A DNA stretch of 26,889 bases from positions 1 through 26,889 of IMG/VR virus record IMGVR_UViG_3300026206_000005. The stretch is one strand, 5' to 3'. Positions within the stretch are counted from its first letter, which is position 1, and each line of letters opens with the position of its first letter. A model generated the notes under the pieces. The model saw nothing but the letters and a program-made list of their open reading frames with translations. It was not told the origin of the DNA and made no database searches. Shown here piece after piece: positions 22,661-26,889 of the stretch. The position numbers were made by a program, and so were the translations under genes. This DNA comes from a virus (Duplodnaviria > Caudoviricetes).

Positions 22661-24259
22661 TTATGACCATCCTAGTGATACTGCTTGTATCCTAGTTGTT
22701 TTACTTGCCGATTGATTTAGTGTTTTAATTCTGTAGGCCATAGATGTTCCTGATGTTGACGTAAGTGCTACGTCATGGGCTGTTGCGATGTTGTGGCCGC
22801 CTGTAGTTCCTTCTGATCCAAGCGTCATGGATGTCCATGTACTGCCGCCATCTGCGCTGTACTCTGCCGTTACGTCAGTTCCTAGCGTAGTTGATCCAGC
22901 ACCGTTCGTATAAGTGAATACGATGTCGCCCTTGGTTGGGGCTGCTTGAGCGGTTGTTGTTGTGGAGACTAGGGTCATACTGTCGTAAGCAACAAACCCA
23001 GTATCTTCATATCTGATTTGAACGATACCCGAACCGCCCAAAACACTATCTCCTCCACCTGCTCCACCGCCAGTATTAGCGCCGCCGACTCCGCCGGTTG
23101 TACCCGAAGAAGTACCACTACCGCCAGAATTTATAGCACTGCCCCCTCCAGTTCCTCCACTACCACTAGCCGTTGTTCCACCACCACCTCCACCGCCAAT
23201 TCCTCCGTCACCGGCATTGCAGTCATAGCCAGCACCACCTCCGCCGCCGCCCCAATAGTAGTTATTACCATCAAGGTTATACTGTTTTCCTGCGCCACCA
23301 GCACCACCATAATCATAAGCGTCACCGGTTTGACCGGCAGCGGTCAGCCCACCTCCGCCTCCACCTGCCGGGTCTGGGCCATCACCACCATCGTATCCGC
23401 CAAATGCTGTACCATTTGTCGTAGACGGTGCTGTACCTGCGCCACCACTGCCGTTGCTGCCACCCCCGCCTCCGTTTGCTCCTGTGCCACCATTACCAAA
23501 TCCACCACCGCCGCCACCTGTCGCAGTTTCTCCAAAGACTGTGGTACTTCCGCCTTGGTTTCCTTGTGTGGATGCGCCGGTACCTCCAGCCCCAACGACA
23601 ACTCCATAAGTCTGGGCTGTAACCCCAAACGAGGACATGGTAATCATACTGCCACCACCACCTCCGCCGGCTTGGGCGTTAGAACTACCGCCACCGCCAC
23701 CTACAAGCATTGCATCTACATCGCCAGAAAGTTGAACTACAAAATCGCCATCAGCGGTAAAAGTGTGTGTTCTATAGTCTGTTCCGCCATCTGTATAAGT
23801 AGTTATAGTCCCACCAGTGGGATAATTAATGTAAGACCCACTATAATACTTCCCAGTTGCATCCCTGATCTCATTCGTAGACGCACCAGCATCCACACCA
23901 GACGCATCCTGAAAGTCATCAATGGTTTGATCGACTAGATTGTATTTGGCGAGTGATCCGTTTGATGCAACTCTAAAACCTAAGAGAGCGATGTCATCTT
24001 GGACACCAGAATCATCGTAGGTTGGGTCTGATGCTAACTTGCTTAATGCTATAGCCGCTGATGCGTTGATGTCGGAGTTGGTTATATCAAGGGAGAGTTT
24101 GCTCTGAGCGATAGCCGCTGATGTGTTGACATCAGCATTAACTATTGTTTCATCGTCTATCTTAGCACTTGTAACTGCATCATCTTGCAGCATTGTTGTG
24201 GTAACAGAGTCATCAACAGGGATGGTTGTTTGCGCTGGTTTTTTTCCTAGATAACCCAT
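22661..24259 (-). CDS. Glycine-rich tail fibre / adhesin, paralogue 2
   Basis: Start MGYLGKKPA at ATG 24259 (TAATG overlap). DDAVT.AKI repeats and GGGGG runs; shares N- and C-terminal blocks with the neighbouring gene and ends SLGWS. Confidence 0.8.
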   Translation of the reverse strand: MGYLGKKPAQTTIPVDDSVTTTMLQDDAVTSAKIDDETIVNADVNTSAAIAQSKLSLDITNSDINASAAIALSKLASDPTYDDSGVQDDIALLGFRVASNGSLAKYNLVDQTIDDFQDASGVDAGASTNEIRDATGKYYSGSYINYPTGGTITTYTDGGTDYRTHTFTADGDFVVQLSGDVDAMLVGGGGGSSNAQAGGGGGGSMITMSSFGVTAQTYGVVVGAGGTGASTQGNQGGSTTVFGETATGGGGGGFGNGGTGANGGGGGSNGSGGAGTAPSTTNGTAFGGYDGGDGPDPAGGGGGGLTAAGQTGDAYDYGGAGGAGKQYNLDGNNYYWGGGGGGAGYDCNAGDGGIGGGGGGGTTASGSGGTGGGSAINSGGSGTSSGTTGGVGGANTGGGAGGGDSVLGGSGIVQIRYEDTGFVAYDSMTLVSTTTTAQAAPTKGDIVFTYTNGAGSTTLGTDVTAEYSADGGSTWTSMTLGSEGTTGGHNIATAHDVALTSTSGTSMAYRIKTLNQSASKTTRIQAVSLGWS

Positions 24260-25668
24260 TACGACCACCCAAGGCTGATAGCCTGAATTCGTGTTTCCAA
24301 AGATGCGTCTTGATTGTGCGTTGTAATCTTGTAGCGCATTGCTGTACCTGAAGGTTGACCAGAGATGTCGAGGTCGTGAGCGGTTAGAATTATGTGACCA
24401 CCTGTGTCACCTTCGTCTACTAGGGTGAACTGGGTGTAGGTTGTTCCGTCATCGCGGCTGACCCAGCCCTTAATGTCTGTGTTAACCGTTGCTGTACCCG
24501 CACCGTTGGTGTAGGTCATAACGATGTCGCCTTTAGTTGGTGTAGCTTCTGCGGTTGTGGAGTTTGATATGAGGGTCATGTCGTTGTAAATATTTATAGC
24601 ATCCGTGTAAAGAAGAACTACTCCAGAACCGCCAGACCCGTTGGTGTATCCCGTGGACGCACTGTACGACCCGCCGCCACCGCCGCCTCCACTGCTTGCT
24701 GTACCCGGAGAACCTCCGTCACCGCCCCCACCATTACCTCCAGTACCACCATTACCGTCATGCGTATATCCACCACCGCCGCCGCCACCTGCAAAAAATC
24801 CAGATTCACCATGTGCTGAAAAATTAGTGAACTCTTTTCCTACGCCACCATTACCACCCGTTTGGTGTCCTGATCCAGAATTTGAAGAACCGACACCGTT
24901 AGCACCACCGCCACCGCAACCGGCAGCACTTCCATCTTCGCCGGAAGTCGTAGCAGAGTTTCCTCCGTCATTGCCGTAGCCAGTGCCACCACCAGAATTT
25001 CCTTGAGTTGCACTACCTCCGGTTGACCCTGAGTGTCTTGGCCCTCCGCCGCCGCCTGAACCTCCAGACGCACCAGATGTCGTAGCCCCATAACCCCCAG
25101 CGCCGCCACCGCCAACAGCGGTTATGGTATCGAAAACGCTATTACCACCTGATTCGCCATGGAAGCCACTAGCAGGATAACCGCCTCCCGCTCCAACTGT
25201 TACCGTGTAGGAGGAATCTGGAGTAACTGATCGTGATGTTTGATGAACTACTCCACCACCACCGCCGCCTCCGCCGGACTGCTTTCCACCTGCACCCCCG
25301 CCTCCTACAACCAAAACCTCTAGGCTGGTAAGTCCGGTAGGCGCAGTCCAAGATGTAGTTTCTACTGTAGTAAACGCTGTAATACCGGCTGGTGTAGTAT
25401 CCACACCACTGTAATAGTTAGCGGCATTTCTTACTTCATCTGTAGACGCACCAGCATCAATACCAGAAGCATCTTGGAAAGCATCTATAGTCTGGTCTAC
25501 CAAGTCGTACTTGGCTAACGACCCATTAGCCGCTACCTTGAATCCAAGGATTGCGATGTCGTCCTGTAATCCAGAGTCGTCAAATGGTGTGACAGCATCA
25601 CTTGCTAGATCAACAGCCTTGACCTGACCATCCGTGATATCTTCTGAGCGTATAGTTGTTCTAGCCAT
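24259..25668 (-). CDS. Glycine-rich tail fibre / adhesin, paralogue 1
   Basis: VLVVGGGG.GG...YTVTVGAGG...GGSGVV glycine-rich domain between conserved flanks; ends SLGWS. Confidence 0.8.
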   Translation of the reverse strand: MARTTIRSEDITDGQVKAVDLASDAVTPFDDSGLQDDIAILGFKVAANGSLAKYDLVDQTIDAFQDASGIDAGASTDEVRNAANYYSGVDTTPAGITAFTTVETTSWTAPTGLTSLEVLVVGGGGAGGKQSGGGGGGGGVVHQTSRSVTPDSSYTVTVGAGGGYPASGFHGESGGNSVFDTITAVGGGGAGGYGATTSGASGGSGGGGGPRHSGSTGGSATQGNSGGGTGYGNDGGNSATTSGEDGSAAGCGGGGANGVGSSNSGSGHQTGGNGGVGKEFTNFSAHGESGFFAGGGGGGGYTHDGNGGTGGNGGGGDGGSPGTASSGGGGGGGSYSASTGYTNGSGGSGVVLLYTDAINIYNDMTLISNSTTAEATPTKGDIVMTYTNGAGTATVNTDIKGWVSRDDGTTYTQFTLVDEGDTGGHIILTAHDLDISGQPSGTAMRYKITTHNQDASLETRIQAISLGWS

Positions 25669-25985
25669 TATTTAGGATACCTAGTCTTAACAGCCTGTCT
25701 TAATCCCTCAAGCCTTGTTACTGATGCCATGCGCTCCTCTACTACTCCTTCCCAAAGAGCGACTACGAGTTCGTCAATGGATGGGTATTCTGCTTGGCGG
25801 TTACGGGCGTATTCTTGGGAGTCGTATTCTGCTTGCCACTCTGCGTGGGCAGTTTCGATTTCAGCCTCAGATGGTTGTGGTGATGCGCTGTTCCACTTTG
25901 CAATATATGTACCATCGCCATCGTCTTGCAGAGAAAAGTCTGAAAAACTAAAGCCAAGATTTTTTAATCCTTCTGCGGAAATCAT
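25668..25985 (-). CDS. Tail fibre assembly chaperone (XkdW-like)
   Basis: LQDDG...I.KW....PQPS.AEI, EY.R.R..EYPSI and VK.RYPK; lies directly downstream of a fibre gene. Confidence 0.7.
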   Translation of the reverse strand: MISAEGLKNLGFSFSDFSLQDDGDGTYIAKWNSASPQPSEAEIETAHAEWQAEYDSQEYARNRQAEYPSIDELVVALWEGVVEERMASVTRLEGLRQAVKTRYPK

Positions 25986-26889
25986 ATAATCACCTTGAAT
26001 GCGCCGAACTGCGCCATGCCTGTTGGGATGCCGGGCGTTATACCGCTTTGCCCTTGGAGGATATAAAACTCAACGTAATCGGTTGAGCCGTTAAAGTTGA
26101 TGATTGCGCCGGTATACCCATAATTTTCATCGCTATTGCTTGCTGAAACAGACGTGTATACATAGATGCTTCCGTTCTTTAAAATTGCAACCTTCAACAT
26201 AGTCGATGTCATGTAGTGAACAGCGGCTTGGCCGTACACGAAATACTTCCCCGCAGTGGTCGGAGTGAACCGATAATTTGTCGAACTGTCATAACAGGAA
26301 TCGCTGTCAAAGATTTCTGAATCGAATTCAACTTTTGTCCAAGTGCCGCTCGATGAAACTGTTTGTGTAGCGGAAAGCGTGGCCGCGAACGCGGGAGTAT
26401 TATCCCCACCAGCCTCCGCCCAAGCATTATCCCCTCTTAGAAATGTTGTTGAATCCGCTGTACCAGTTGCAGATAGCATTGCAAGGTCTACTGCGCCACT
26501 TGCAATGGTAAGGGCTGTAGCCCCCGTTACATCACCAGTGTGAGTAGCGTTTGTTACCTTGGCTGTATTAGCCGTAATAGCACTGGCCTGCCCACTTGTA
26601 ATTCCTGTCTTAGCAGTGTTAGCAGCAATCTCAGTGTTAATCGAGTTGGCTAATTTGTCAGCAGTTACAGCATCGTCCTGAATCTTAGCGGTGCTAATAG
26701 AATCGTCAGGAGGAGTAACAGCCTCTCCTATGTCGAGGATTCCAATAACCTCCATCTCGTCAGTAGCGACCAATGCCGTATCCAGCGTCAGAGTAGTGCC
26801 AGATATAGAATAGTTGTTCTGCTGCTTTATCCCGTTTATCGTGATGATAAGGGATTGCTCACTTGCGGGTGTCCAAGTAAGTGTATGCG
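25982..26889 (-). CDS. Tail fibre protein with C-terminal C1q-like domain (5' end truncated by the window)
   Basis: The frame stays open to the window edge (…TLTWTPASEQSLIITINGIKQ…). Contains the DSTTFLRGDNAW fibre motif and NTPAF...V.FD.E.FD...YRFTP..AGKY...KNGS. Confidence 0.8.
   Translation of the reverse strand, partial: HTLTWTPASEQSLIITINGIKQQNNYSISGTTLTLDTALVATDEMEVIGILDIGEAVTPPDDSISTAKIQDDAVTADKLANSINTEIAANTAKTGITSGQASAITANTAKVTNATHTGDVTGATALTIASGAVDLAMLSATGTADSTTFLRGDNAWAEAGGDNTPAFAATLSATQTVSSSGTWTKVEFDSEIFDSDSCYDSSTNYRFTPTTAGKYFVYGQAAVHYMTSTMLKVAILKNGSIYVYTSVSASNSDENYGYTGAIINFNGSTDYVEFYILQGQSGITPGIPTGMAQFGAFKVII

Noticed and set aside
23018-25351. Alternative-frame and antisense ORFs (e.g. 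23018..23938 +, 24641..24979 +)
   Set aside because: Thr/Ser- or Pro-rich shadows of GGN glycine codons in the adhesin genes.
22661-26889. Diversity-generating retroelement or invertase shufflon acting on the fibres
   Set aside because: No reverse transcriptase or recombinase; the paralogues are in direct orientation and differ at synonymous sites, not specifically at adenines.

Overview
This window is part of a tailed dsDNA phage genome, probably a podovirus of a Gram-negative host (host and habitat are inferred). It has two convergent arms that meet at about 10,250-10,320. The + arm (1-10,251) carries early, nucleotide-metabolism and replication genes: a thymidylate-synthase-fold enzyme with the dCMP-specific Asp of T4 gp42, a DUF6378-like protein, a variant dUTPase, a lambda-O-like initiator with internal iteron-like repeats, an SF4 helicase without a primase domain, a PD-(D/E)XK resolvase, a Cas4-like exonuclease, an SSB, an orphan class I SAM methyltransferase, a class II RNR (NrdJ) and two tiny lipoproteins. 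The - arm (10,317-26,889) carries a 2,442-aa ejection-type protein, two more internal virion proteins, a tail nozzle, a lysis-like membrane cassette, two paralogous glycine-rich adhesins, a fibre chaperone and a truncated C1q-like fibre. The two best candidates for new biology are (i) a cytosine-modification pathway with an unexplained methyltransferase and no glycosyltransferase or polymerase in view, and (ii) a 57-aa ORF, missed by the ORF track, that looks like a HigA antitoxin N-terminal domain without its HTH and is translationally coupled inside the lysis cassette. All family assignments come from motif recognition by eye; no searches were run.
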